From assembly GCF_964355755.1 (NCBI RefSeq), contig NC_092679.1, positions 17,219,432 to 17,283,431 on the forward strand: a DNA stretch of 64,000 nucleotides, read 5' to 3'. This document shows, one piece after another, positions 38,301-53,300 of this stretch. Position 1 is the stretch's first letter; each line of letters opens with the position of its first letter. Made by a program: the position numbers and the translations under genes. A model generated the notes under the pieces. The model was not told the origin of the DNA and made no database searches. It saw only the letters and a program-made list of their open reading frames with translations. The DNA comes from Antedon mediterranea (taxonomy: Eukaryota > Animalia > Echinodermata).

Positions 38301-41300
38301 TGTTAAAATACAGTTTACTATTCATTTCATTTCTCTTGTTTTTATTTCAGACTACATATCCATAAACTGTATATATCCACAAACTGTATAAATAGGCCTA
38401 CTGTGCATGTGTTTAAATTAAATAAAATGACAAACACTTTCCATTTTCTAAAAGAACCTTTGACTATAATATAATATATGATAATTATATGCTTATAAAC
38501 AAAAGACCAGAAAAATAATACAGAAATGGTTCACAAACCATGAATACTAATTGAGAATTATGAATACCTAATTAGTTGAAAAAGCAATTTATATATTTAT
38601 ATTCATGTGAACACAATCAAGCACACAATGTTAATATTCTAATGTATATTGTATGGCATGATCATTACATTATCAACTGGATTTATCCAAGATGATCTCA
38701 TTATCTTGTCATTGGTTGTAATGAATCACCAATCATTCATCTTTTTGACACAGCTCAGATGTACCATGTTAGTTCACTGGGGAAAAGCAGCTTTCACACT
38801 GCGCCCGGATTGGGAAAAATATAAAAATCATGAAATATTGTGGAAAATGGGTTCAGTGGAAGATCGTTCACACCAAATTTGTATGATTTGAATCTGTACC
38901 TGATTTGGGCTCCAAATTTGTAGCGATGGATCAAAAGCTTTGTTTTCTGAAATCATACAATTGTTTTCTTTTGTCCAATCAGCAGTGAGCATGAATGACC
39001 TCGCTTGACAACAAATAACCGAATTTGTGCATAATGTGAAGGCACGCTCGCTATATTTTTATAAGAGCGCCGGACCGAATCCGGCGTAATATGATGGCCA
39101 CATGTGTACACTGGACCTCCATCCCACCCTCTGATATTTCACCCTATGATTTACTATAATTATATGTGAAACTCAAATTCTACATCCTAAACCCAATTGT
39201 AAGCCTGTCTGTTCAAGGTAAGGCAATTGTACCCAAGTCATTGCTGATGTATTAACATTGAAGAATTATCCAAATGATGTAAGTGTAAGCAACTTTGACC
39301 TCCTACTTTCAATGTTCAAACCAATCCTAATCTAATATTTCCATAAAAAACAACGATTTTTAAAAATCAAGGCAATGCAAGGTCTTAAAAACCATTGTCA
39401 CAACTGTATGCATAGAATGCCCACTGATGACAAAAGGTAATCCTTATGCACATACACAAGTTTAAACCTCTTTATTTGTTAAAGATTAAAGAGACTGATA
39501 TAGGACATATAAGATTAAGAGGAGACCACTGAATAAAACTACATTACAACAGCAAGTGATATGGGCCAGTGAAAACCATAAAGCACCTAAAAGCTGGAAC
39601 CAACCATCTTCATCTATCTGTTATTATGAATATCTACAACTTTGTGAAACTTTTCTAAACTTCTTTCAAAGACTATAAACATTACAATCTTAAATTTCAC
39701 CTTTTACACTGCTAATTTTGATGATTTTTTTTTACTGTAAATAGTTTATATATTTTCAGTTAAGGGTCACAGTTGTTGTTACGGATTTGGTTTACTTTTG
39801 TGTCCGCTGACTATCATCTCAATCTGTTTTTTGTTTGTCTATTCAATGTTTTTGTCATGGTAATAAAGTACGACAATAAAAAAAAAAGAGTGAAAGCTAC
39901 CAATTGTATGTACCTAAGCAGCATTTGTTACATAGCAAAAAGTCTATTTTGGTTTACCAAAGGAAAAAATACAAACATAAATCATTTGAAACCAGATGAA
40001 TTTTTTTAGAACATTTCTTAAATGTTTGACATAAGCTTCACCAATAACTACTTACAATCTTCAGAACTTGTTTGAAAGTTTACAATTTTGTGCAAAAATC
40101 CGAGAGTGAGTACTGCACCACCATTCATTTCAGCTGAAGAATCCTTGTCTACTTTTGGGCTAAGTAATGCAGATTTTGCTAAACTTGTCCACATATTTTC
40201 CTTCTTTTTTGATTCAGTTACCAAGTTGCTTGTTTCCATTTTGTTATCTTCCGGGTTGTGATGCGAAAAATCTGGAGAAGCTTCCGTGCCATCATTCAAC
40301 TCAGCTGAAGAGTCTTTGTTGCCTTTTGACCTATGTAATGCCGATTTTCCTAGACTTTTCCAATTATTTTTCTTCTTTTTTGAATCAGTTACTAAGTGGC
40401 TCATTTCCATATTGTCATCTTCTGGTGCGTGATGCAAAAAACCGCAGCATCTTAAAATCCAATTAATCATTTTTGTTGCTGGTACTTTCCACTTTTCACC
40501 ACAACACCAACATATACTGTACCTTGTAAACTTAATGTCACCATGAAATGAAAGACAAACTAATAAAAAACAGCAAAATAATTGACAATATGGCATGTCT
40601 CTAGGTATACAAACAACACAATGCTGGCAATAAAATGTTACCACAATGTGTATGGCCCTACATTTTTACAAATGAAGAACATCGACAAATACACTAACTG
40701 TATGGCAAAATAGTTGACTTTGACAAATTTACGCCTCGAATCAGTAGACCAAGTTCATATTAACAAAACTATACTAATCTACATTTGTATAAAAGAGTGT
40801 ATCTAAACTTAGTTTAATATAATAGGCTTTGTATTTACCATTGACACTTCTTTTTGGAATAGCCCATTTTTTAACCTTTGCTATTTTAATTAAACAAAGT
40901 AATTGAAATTAGAATTTTTTTAATTCTGATTGTGAATAGTTGGTTTAGTTTAATGCCTTTACACCGAGTAGTCTTCTGACCACTTCACCTGGGCTGCTTT
41001 GGTGAGGTTGCAGATGAGATCTTATTATTAGTAACAATGCACCCAAAAATAATGGTAAAATTCTTACTTTAGTGGCCATATATAATTACCTATAGAAATG
41101 TATTAATATGATTTATACTGCAATTGGATTGTACTGCTTATGATTGTTTTTATTGTAATTTTCATTTCTGTGTATAATATATATATTTTTGATTGCTTTT
41201 GTCCGTTTTTGTTTTGGCATCTCTGACACAAGCATTTGCTTTCTTGGTGCCGCCACCATTATTTGGAAATAAATGTTATTTTGATTGATTGATTGATTTA

Positions 41301-44300
41301 ACTAATACCGAAAATACAACTACAGGATAGAATAATTTCGCTGAAGACCTCTTTGAGATCAGAGGTTGGAATCTATAGCTCACCACTTTATGAATGAACA
41401 TCGAGGTATTGATGAACTACATGCTATACATGGAAATAGAAATAAAAAGAACAGAAATAGGGTCAGCATCGCTTATTTGCATCAGCATTTTTCACCAGGA
41501 TCACTATTTTATTAAAGAGCTCCTAAGGAGGTTGGAACCACTTAGCTCACCACTTTAGTAGCAGTATGCCTACAATTTCCATTCAGAAAGTTAATATACT
41601 GTACAGTATGTTACTTTATGAAGTTCATTCTATTGAATTTACCTTGAAATTAAGGCTAAAGCAAATTGCTTATTCGCCTCTCTGGAATTACACATCTCTT
41701 ACATACGGCTGAAACTTTTGGTGGTGGTTCAATGACTTTGACTCTACTACAACTCTCGGCAAAGCGTTCCAATCGTTAACTACCCTTGCTCCAAAATTAT
41801 TTGATCCCCATTTAGTTTTGACCCGCAGCTTTGATAGTTTGAAAGAATGACCTCTAGCCTGTCTAGGTTTAGCTTTATCTTTCGCACCATGTTTATCACC
41901 GCCGCCGGTAGCCATGATTGTACTACGATGAATAAATATAGGCCTATGTGACAACAGTAGGCTAAGAATTTTAATCTCGAAAAATAAACTCAATCCTAAT
42001 CCTTAAAAACCCACAACTCAGATTTCAGTAACCTGTTCATGCAATTATTTAGAACGTTCTTTTTGTGGATAACCATACACTGTAACTGCTTCATAAACTT
42101 GTACATTGAAACAAATTAAAATTGTACGGAATCAAAGTAATGAGCAATCCAACTAGCAAACAGAAAATTTGTTTAATAAATCAAATAAAGTCTAAAATTA
42201 CAGTAAGTTGAATTTACAGATATTGGCAGATCACGTATCAAGTACATTTGCTAGACTAAAAAGTAAAGATGGTTACATTAGCTAGTTTTGAAATTATAAA
42301 AAGGTAAATTTCTAGTACTGCTGCTGCAAACAATTACAAACATTTTAGCACCATCATGTATGGTGACAAAATACCAAATCATCTCTTTTAGATTTGAAAA
42401 CATTTAACCATAGAAATATTATATAGTGGATATCTCTATGATTAAACTAATAATTCATCTATCAATAATACATACCAGATTCTGAATCATTACCAAAAAA
42501 AGACACCGGAGAAAATGCATTGAAGAAGCTTTTTGGTGCTTGTTTGGTAGGTGGTAAACTAGATTCTTCTGAACTATTGCTTAAGGAATGTGTACTTTCA
42601 TAGCTTTTTGCTAAAGACTTGCTGCTATTGCTGTTTATCAATTTATTGATTTCCACTGATTCTTCATCAGATTGTGGTGTACATTTACAACAAAAATGGA
42701 ACAACCACTCCATTGATGATACTTCTCTCAAAATATATGTAAAGTTTACTTAGGAGAAACAGTTTCTTGGATGTAATTGGTCAAAGTACTGTATATAAAT
42801 TCAAAAGGAGCAATTAAAATTCAGTCACCAACATTACCATGAGGCAACTCTTCTTGGTAAAAAAAGGAAAAAGTACTTGGGAATACACATCAACTTCAAG
42901 ACAGAATCCAATGGAATGCTTTTAAAGAAAAAGTTTCTTCAGTTAAAGTACTGCATATAAGATTGAGTAAACAGCAATTCAATGCAGTCACCAACAATAC
43001 CATGAGGCAACTCTTGTAGCTAAAAATTATTATCAGGTACTGTAATATTCTAGTTTTAAATTCACACTCTAAAAGTCAATGGCAGGGTTCCTTCCTGCAA
43101 CAGATATTCCAGAATGATTTGTGAAACCTGAATTTTAATCTCGTCAGAAGTTTCCTGATTGACTTATTACAATAAGTAAAAACTTCCAAATTGTCGATGT
43201 GAGCAATTATTTCTTGATAGAATATTTTCAAAAATACATTTCAACTTTAGAAAAATAATTTAGAAGCATACTCTATGTGTAGTACACTTTATCAATAATA
43301 GAAAAGCAAAATTAAAACTATAGCTACTGCATCAAATTGTAGACATTTTCCAAGTCCATTTGGTGACTGTATAAATTTACTTCAGATGTTTCCGAATAAA
43401 ATAACTTTTAATCAAAACTGTTTGCTGCAACAACAATACTACATATAATTAGAATAATAAGCAGTAATAATTATAGTTTAGACAATAATCAATCCGACTT
43501 TGAGTTAAAACACCAATTCTAGTGAAATAATACTGAAAACAGCAGGTGTCAATTGTTCTTGCAGTTTGAATGGAATCTCTAAAAAGTAAACCACAAATGG
43601 AATTTTTTTCCACCTTACAGTGAGTTAATAATAACAACCTTGAATAGGACCAATTTTAAATGCATCAATAGTTTAAAAATGTACAATCATATCAACACTA
43701 TTTATTTTTAGTATTAGTATATACAAATTGTGTACAATGAATTGTATGGTCTATAGCAATACCAATGATGGAAGAAGAAGAAAGGTCATTAGTTCAAGTT
43801 GGCTTATTATTTGTCAGCAGCCAGTTGGTGACCATAATCTCAAGTCTGGTTTTAGTAGAATCACTACAGATAAATTATATTATGTAAGTAAGTTCAAATG
43901 AGAAATGAACACTAGTAAAGTTAAGTTTGGGTTACACCATGTGATTACAAAAAATAGAGTAAGGTTGAGAATGTTCTTCTTCAATCATCTTCTGGAAAAT
44001 GGTGCAACTAATGACTAATCAAAATATGATAAAGAGAATCATTCACATAGAAATCCAATTATTATCTATTTATTCTGATGAGTTGTTAAAGCGTGGTTCC
44101 CACTAGCGACGCAACGCAAGGATGTAACGCAACGCAAGTGAATTGACCAATCCCAAGCGATGGCTTATTCGCTTGTGATTGCTAACTGTCTATAACTTCG
44201 CTTTTCATTGGTTAAAACGCTTGCGTTGCGTTTACGTCCTTGCGTTACGTTCTAGTGGGAACCAAGCTTTAATGTCGTATGAGCCTATAACTTTTGCTAC

Positions 44301-47300
44301 CGATGGGTGTGACCATGATCTTTCTAGGGAGTTGGTAGAAGAGTTTCAAATATCCATTGCGAGTGAGTTGTGGCTAGCCTAAACTTCAATAAATAAATAT
44401 TTAATCAAGTTACAGTTAGTAAAAAGCCAAAAAAATATAATAAAATAAAATATGGACAAAAAGGAAGGAGAGAAAAGGCAACTACTGTACATGCATATTG
44501 AGCTAACTTCCATTTAACAAGGCCGGCTGAAATCGCGTGCTCAAATTTGAGTTAGTGTTTACCGACCGACCGACATAGTGAGATGTAGAGTCGCGTGCAA
44601 ACGTGTGAGGAAGTACTTACCACCAGAGCAAAAACTACTGTCAACTGTGTAAGTAAAAGTTGGAATCTTTTTAGCGGGAGTGCAACTAGATCCATAGGAG
44701 TAACTTGTTGATGTTGATGAGCATTCTGAAGAATTTAACTTTGATGATTTTTGTTCTTTTGCCTTTAGTAGTAACTGGCTATTTTCCAAGCATTCATCTT
44801 CAGAATCCAACTGTTCTGAACAACAACATTTTAGCACATAGCACACCATTGCATCTGGTGACAATTTAATTATACCAATCTCAATGGTAAATAATCCAAA
44901 ATTAATTTTATTATATATTTGACAACGCACAAAGCCTCAATATTGAAATTTATAATCTTCACTTAAAAAGTAACAGAGTATGTTTATGTTCAAATTTGCA
45001 GTAAACCATCTGGAGTATAATCTTAACTTAAACAGTAAATATATCTTTAAATAAAAGTCCAAATTGGAGACAAATTTTCTATACAGTATATTCCATAGTA
45101 GGGAAAGTACTGCACTACTACTACAGTACCGTATACAACATCTAAGAATCCAACCGAAGCAACAAAGTGATCACAAGAGATTGTACTGGTAGCTGCAACG
45201 ATATTATGAACATCTGGAAGGATCATAAAATCTTTAAACTGTCCATTTAGAAATCAACTGCTAACAACGCTGGTATCAATTTACCTTTGGTATATTGCAC
45301 CAAGATACAATAAAAAAGTTATTGATGCACTTTACTACTTTTACTTAGCATCAGTGAAAATGTATTACAGGATAGAAATATACCATTAAAACTGTCCTTC
45401 TAGAATACTGCAGAATGGATAAGTTTGGTGCCTCACAAGCACATAGAAAACCATACATACCCCACACAAAAATGTACACACAAATGCCAAAAAGTATACA
45501 GTATGGTCTTACTTGTGTATTTCAAAAGAGCTGTGATCATTCATATAATCTTATTCATTGTTCTTCTAAAAATAGTGTTAAATACAAGCCAACATGTATT
45601 CACTTTAAAACAAAAGGTATTGCTAGGCATAATTAATTGCTAAAATAAAAGCCACTACAGTATGTTAAATTATAAACTCTCTGAAAAGGATTGAATATAC
45701 ATATATTCTAAAGTCAGTCAGGGGATATTTGGTTTTGCAACATTATGGCAAGTTGAAACTGTAATGTGATATTCTACAGTAGTGTTTTCAACAGGAACAA
45801 AGGTCTATAGCAAATAGACATTTTATTTATAGGAATATGTGTGCAAATATATATTTTATTTATAGGAAAATGTGTGCAAATAATCTAAGTTTAATGACAT
45901 ACATACAGTAGTCGATAACATTAATCGCTTTATTCTAGATAGTAGGTATGATGTATACTATTGGTGAAATAAGGAAGATGTAATTTTGTTATGTTTTATT
46001 AATGTTATGGTTGATAAGTTGATTAATATTTTAGACCTAAAATAGATTTAAATAAATTTGTAGAGAATGTTTTACCTGCTCTTTCTGGTTCCACGTTTGG
46101 TTCAACGTTTTGTTCACCTTTGACATTTGTTGGGTAGAATTCCTCTGTACCTGCACTTTTAACTGACGAGGGCCTTCTAGAATGCTCATAGTCTCTCACG
46201 CTTGGAGATCTTGAACGTCGGATCTCTTCATCTGGAATGTCTTGTGCATCGTAAGGAAAGTCAGCTAATGACCCTTTCCGATAATCTAAATCCCCAGGTT
46301 GTGCAAACTCACTGGTTGCTCCCCTGATAACAAGCTCATCGTCAATAAGGTATTCTCCCTCATTATTTGGATCATTCTTTATTTCTACTAATCCATCTTG
46401 TTCATCATTGTTGTTATTATTCTCTCCATTTTCTTCTGGTTTTGGCTCTTTCTTTTCCAAACCAAAGAATGAGGTCACAGATGTGAAAGAATCTCCGACA
46501 GAGTCTCCTATTGAAGTGACCGTTGAAGAAACACTGTCGCCGATGGAACTAAACTTTCCACCAACCGTAGAAAAAAGATCGTCCAACGGCATAATGATGA
46601 TCACAAAGTTAAAAACATTTAATAAAACACAACTGTCCTACTCAAAACAATAACCAAGACTATCATAGTTCCAACAGATAATGATGCGTCAGTATGCTTC
46701 CAACAAATCGGCAACAAAATTCCATATGAACAGAAATTTACATCGACAGAGGTGTGAAAAATCTATAAAGTTTAACTGAATCTGTTCCAAAAGGTAAATA
46801 CAGGTTTGGTACTCTTCTCTAACAGATGTTCATTCCCAAGGAGACTACAGACTATAAGACCTGAAGCTTTGCTATCTACATGCATATAATACCTGCAATC
46901 AATTAACTAGAATATTAATATGACCATGGACCATGACGTAATCATGGATAAATAAATAGTTAGATAATGAACAAAAAAAACATTGGGAGTAGTACGAACA
47001 CATAAAAAAAAGTTCAAATATATATACGGTACTTTCAAAGTTATTATTTTCATAATGTTTTTAGTTTGTTTTCAGAAAAATAAAAAATTTAAAAGGTGAA
47101 TGATTAATGATACATAAAAAATGTCAAATTATTCAGATATGACGGATCAATGAATATACTGTACATGCAGTTATTTAAATTATCAGATCTTTTGAATGTC
47201 AAAAAATGCATATAAAATAATTTAAATTATCAGATTTTTGAATGTCATAAAATGCAATAAAATAATTTAAATTATCAGATCTTTTGAATGCCATAAAATT

Positions 47301-50300
47301 ACATAAAAATTAGGTCAGGTAGTGTTATTCTATTTTACCTAACTTTAAAATGTATGAGTTAAACTATACTAAACAGAAAACTAATTTTCAAATACTCAAA
47401 AGTTCCTTCAATTGTTTTTCTTTAAATCATCCTTATAGTGATCATTCAATGTATCAGAAAACTCAAGGAAGGAAAACCCTGGAACGAGTTACCAGATGAA
47501 GTGTTAAACACCAAACTGTACTGGAACAAGTTACAAAATGAAGCGTTAAAACACCAAACAGTACTGGAACAAGTTACAAAATGAAGCGTTAAAACACCAA
47601 ACAGTACTGGAACAAGTTACAAAATGAAGCGTTAAAACACCAAACAGTACTGGAACAAGTTACAAAATGAAGCGTTAAAACACCAAACAGTACTGGAACA
47701 AGTTACAAAATGAAGCGTTAAAACACCAAACAGTACTGGAACAAGTTACAAAATGAAGCGTTAAAACACCAAACAGTACTGGAACAAGTTGGAATAAGTT
47801 ATGTTAAAGATGCAACTTCACCAGAATTGCTGCACACAAGTAACATTTACAATTGGAATCAAAAGCTTTTTCAGATTAATGTTTGTAGATCAGTTCCATT
47901 TTACGATATATCTTCATCCATGGGACACTTTTAGAAAATTATACTCCTAATAAGCGTACATGTTTCAATAAACATTCAAACACAGATAGAACTTTAACAA
48001 ATTGTTGATGGTTCAGTACTTATTTCAAGTCTCAACTACAACTTCTTGAAATTACATATCACATGTAGATTAGAAACCGAGACAACGTGTATTCATGTTT
48101 GTTCTCTAAAGGCGTGCAGAGAACAAACAGCCAATCAATGATAAAGTATAAAACACAACAAAAGGATAAGGACAGAGAATCAATATTAGTTTGGAAAACA
48201 AACCGTTTATATAGTTCTTTACTGAACTTGAAAGCAAAACAAGTTGTAAGTTTACATAATGTTTGAATCATTGAAGGCGTGTTTATGTTGATTGTTGAGT
48301 CGTGTGACGTGATCTAAGTTGGATCGGCTGGTGCAAAGTATGCATAAAGAGTGGAGAACTTTAATTCAAAGAATATGGGAATTGGTCATGTTAAAATAGT
48401 CTATTTTGGATCTGTTGGGGGAGTGCACAATATTGGGAATACACGTTTAACATTCAATTGATCCTATGTTTCCTGTACTCTGACATAATTTTACTATAAA
48501 AAAAAAATTCAGGTAATTCAGGGGCATGACATAAACCCATGACGTTCACTAGCCTGGTGATCCTACCTATAGACCACCAATCTTTCTCTAATAGGTTCAA
48601 GCGATAGATTCAAGCCAGGAAAATTTAAAATAAATTTACTTATGTATTGAAACGAAAGAGGCCTCAAGAGGCCTAATGGTGGAAGTACCATATTTCATAT
48701 TTAACGCAATTCACAATTGGCTTATAAAATCATTTATTGACTTGATTGATTTTCCCTCCCTCCCTAATATCCACTACATGTGCCTATTATTGTATACATT
48801 TTAAGTTTAACAATTACAAAGTGTCATAATCAATATTAATATTGATTTGCCATCTAGTATATCACAAATGATACAATGCCGTAAACACACCAAAACTTTA
48901 TTATTATTATTATTGGCAGTACTATATGTCCCATTTATTTGTATCAACAGAATATATATACAGTATTTTTTTTCAAGAATATTTCTATAAGTTTAATCTA
49001 AATCATAATTAATGGAAAACGTATTTGATACAAAACGGATATGCAATGAGCCGAAGCACATTACCCTATAATACCGATACCGATATCTAATTAGCAAATA
49101 AAACAAAATTAAAAATAGAAATAAAATGTTAGCCCAATTTTTGTTTTATCGATACATTTTCAACTTGTAGAATTTAAGATTAATAAAATAATTGACAGTG
49201 TAGTTAAACAACAAGCTGTCGCTCAACTATTTTCAGCAAAATCCTGTAGGCAGGATGTTCACAGGAGATTATTTTCCGCAAAAGTGGCAAAAATTGTCAC
49301 AAGCCATGCAAAAGCAAATGCTAAGCTATTTGAAAAGGGCATTTCAGGCAAAGAGGCAACTGGTTACGAGCTTCAGCGATATTTTCAACTATTTGTGCTC
49401 ACGTTCAACCTAGTGACTGGTTCGTACAACGGCAATCAACATTGAATTTGTCACAACACAGAGAAACTCAATAAAACAAGTGATTAAAAGAGTTTAAATT
49501 TAAAAATTAAATTTACTTATTCAGGATAAGTTGGAAGCAAATTGTAACAAAAATTTAAAATAAAACCAAAATGTATTATATAATATCTAAAATTCTTGTG
49601 ACAATATAATATATTAAGAAATAACTTTAATAACTATGTACATTCTTGGTTTTTAAATATTAAATCAAATAAAAACATACTACTCTAAAAATGAAATTAT
49701 ATTTCATAATAAATAAGTACCATAATATTTATGCATAGTCAAATAAAAAGAATTGCACTATAATTTACAACATAATATATTTTTTTATTACTCCTGTCAT
49801 TCAAAAACTTACTTTTTTATATGATTAATATTTATCAATAGGACACAAATAATTTGTATAACACTACTTCCCTACTTAGCCTAAAGATGGAATGGTTGGA
49901 AATACACGATTTTAGTAATTGTATAACTCGGCACCTCTATTTATACGTCGTCTCAAGACCATTCTTTTTATCCAGTAGTTTGAGTATTGTTAGGCGATCT
50001 GTCATATAAACGCTTAATGATAGTAATAATAATATATAACAACAGATCTTTTTTAATAAACTATTCAGAATTTTTTTTTCTCAATAGGAGACTTTATAAT
50101 TTGTTAAAACTGTATACACACTTTCTTCTTTATTGTTTTTTTCTCGATTTGGTTTTTTTTTCTCCAACAATAAAAGAGTTTCAATTAATCTGCAAAAAAA
50201 AAAAAAAAAACATTTATAACACTGTATATGATAACATTAATTTCTACTTGAGGTAATATAATAATATACAAGATACTGTATAACAGAGTAACTTTAAACA

Positions 50301-53300
50301 TTTACTACAGATGTAATTAATTAATATAACTGTACATAATTGTAATATAACTGTACATAACTGTAATGTAACTGTACATAACTGTAATATAACTGTACAT
50401 AACTGTAATATAACTGTACATAACTGTAATATAACTGTACATATTCAAATTACTTTATTTAAACATTTTGACTAATAATCTAATTGTATGCACTGCAAAT
50501 ATAATTACAGTAATAATGCTATACCTAACATTACATTAATATTATTTCCTCAATAAAGGATAACTATTGTAGTATTAATTTAATATGTAATTTAATATTA
50601 TTAACTAAAATTATCAAAAAAACTCAACAATTAAAATATGCAATAAAGAATAAAAAAAATCCCCTTTCTAATGACCTTTTTTGAATATGTATAAAAATAT
50701 TAATATATGTAAATATTATGCAGTTGGTGGTTATATTATGAGCCATAGCAAAGACCATTAAAATGCTAACATATGTTATAAAATAAATGCTATTTTACAA
50801 ATTCTAAACAACCAATCGTAAAAAGGTGCAAAAGGAAAAAAAAAGAACCAAGCAAATGGATACTTACACAAATTGACATGCAAAAATGGTTGATAAGCAT
50901 GATGATTGTGATGATGGATGAATGGTGCTCTACAAAATGCTACAAAAAAGTTGTAAAATCTTCATCCAAAAAAACGCATGCAATCCACGCGGTATCACAA
51001 TGTGTGGAAAAAGATGCAAAAGAGAGTAAAATGTTTGTATCTTTAAACAATTAAATTTGTTTATAATCTTGATGTCTTTTAAAAGCTATTTAGAATTTGA
51101 AAAATATTTTATGAAATGATCCACTATATAAATTATAGCGGACAATACCATTGTACATTTCACAGTGTACAGTTTTGTTCAAATTCAAAAAATGAATTTG
51201 AGAAACTTTTATATAAAAATCATCTATTTGAAATAAAAAGAAGTATTTTGATTATTTAATATAAAGAAAAACTCACATGTAAATACATCTGTTATATAAA
51301 GAATATTTGAAAAAAAGAAGAATATTTTAAGTTGTATTAGAAATATAGTAAAATTAGTATGTGATATACTGTATAATAAAGTATCCATGCATTTATCAGA
51401 GTATATAAGGAAGGGTCTGTTCAGACTTAAGTTATTTACCCAGGTAAGTTGGTTTCATATGCACAGTAGGTATAGAAACCAACTTTACTCTGATACAAAT
51501 AACTACAGTAGGCCTACAATAACCCTGAATTTACATAAAGTCAAATGTTGTGATAAATGGTTAATATTACATATAAATATTAGCATACAGCAATGCAAGA
51601 ATATAGTATTAGTGCAAAAGATAAAGTCACATGACCATTAATACAATAAAAGCAAACATAAATATTAATATGAAGTTTTTATTTCGATAATATTATTTTA
51701 ATGACTTGTTTTTGTATCACTGTATTTTCACTCTCTCTCAAATGATGAGCCTAGTACCCAGTGTATTTTGCATTGAATACTATGTCGGTGTCAAAAGTCT
51801 GAAGGGCTGAAACAGGTACACAGGGAGACTGTTTACATACTATAAACCTACATATCACATACAATTCATATACAGTAACAGTAGTACTAATAGTAGGCCT
51901 AATCCAAAAGACTTGTTTCATCTACAACTTGAGCCTCCAATAGGTCACTTGACGCTGCTGTATCCCAACAACTCAATTGTTGATGCTATCGATTTTCTTA
52001 GGCCTCTGTCATCCTTTGGAACGGTTTACTCATCTTTATCTGTCAGGCTACCTCAATCGCTTAGTTTAAGCCTGCTCTGAAAACTCACCCTTTTCTCTTA
52101 TTTTTCAGATTTTTATTTATTTTGTTATGCGCAATGCTTTGCATTGTGCGCTATATAAGCCCATTTATTATTATTATGTTTTATTATCGTTTAATATACT
52201 ATTAGTTTAAACAATTTTTTTAATACAGTACTATCCAATGCAACTCCTGATAATATTAATAGTATTTAAAATATTTTGTGCATTACCATACTGATTCAAC
52301 TATAAGGTTACCCTGAGCCACATTCCCCTCCCCCTTACCCAAACTTGACCCCGATAATTGGTGTCGGAGAGGTCATGGAGCATGACCCTATAATTTAGTC
52401 AGTATGGTTGTAGTTGTTATCACTGCAAGCTTACTTCTTGATTAGTATCCTTTTAAAACTTAATTATTTTGATGTTACCTGCAATGTAAACTTTGGACTC
52501 TGTGGTTTTTTTAAGAAGGTTATAAAAACTTGATTCTGAAATGATTGCATTTTTATAATGGTATAAACAATGAACATAATGAATAGACAACACGAACCAG
52601 AGTGGTGCTGGTGCTGGTGCTGGGTGGTCTATACCTGCTGTTTAACTGGATAAACCAACATATGCCGTTTCCTCACAAAAGGGAGAACATAACTTTCCTA
52701 AAGCGTGGTTCCCACTAGCGACGCACCACAAGGACGTAACGCAACGCAAGTGAATTGACCAATCACAAGCGATGGCTTATTCGCTTGTGATTGCTAACTG
52801 TCTATAACGCTTGTCATTGGTTAAAACGCTTGCGTTGCGTTTATGTCCTTGCGTTACGTTCTAGTGGGAACCAAGCTTTAACAACTTTGAACGCCTGTTT
52901 AACACAGTGGTATAGCCCATGAGCCATGGTGGCAAACTTTACCATTTGAATGTGAATAAATTATTAATGAGGAAAACTTTCCAAAAAGAAAATGATATTG
53001 GACAAATTTTGATACAGTATGAAGAATTACATGATCCATATGTAATGTAAATAAATATAACACGCCAGCTTAATGAAAAACAGTGAGTCAATGTTTGTAC
53101 TTGTATCCCAATAAAATCCACAAAAATGGGAATGTCTTATTGAACAATAAGAATATCCGTATGATATGGACCTAAGACTTACTTTCAGAGGGCACTCTTG
53201 ATGCAGCTGCTACAGACTTCTTCTTATAACCACTTATGCTAGGCTGACGAGAAAGGCGACCGAAGCTGAGAGACTGCTGGTACTTCAGTAACATCTCATC

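Noticed and set aside
40471-40644. Cys-rich upstream extension of the exon B ORF (MPYCQLFCCFLLVC...)
   Set aside because: Not excluded, but the ATG at 40470 matches the M-x6-CC pattern of exons C and D and has a better start context, so the extension was not called.
41341-41375. Second hammerhead-like motif CTGAAGA-CCTCT...AGAGG
   Set aside because: The GAAA box and stem III are missing; at most a decayed relic.
50868-50929. Possible additional minus-strand exon with a strong GTAAGT donor at 50867
   Set aside because: The nearby ATG frame exits in phase 0, which does not fit the phase-1 constant acceptor. It could be a non-coding exon, but nothing supports that.
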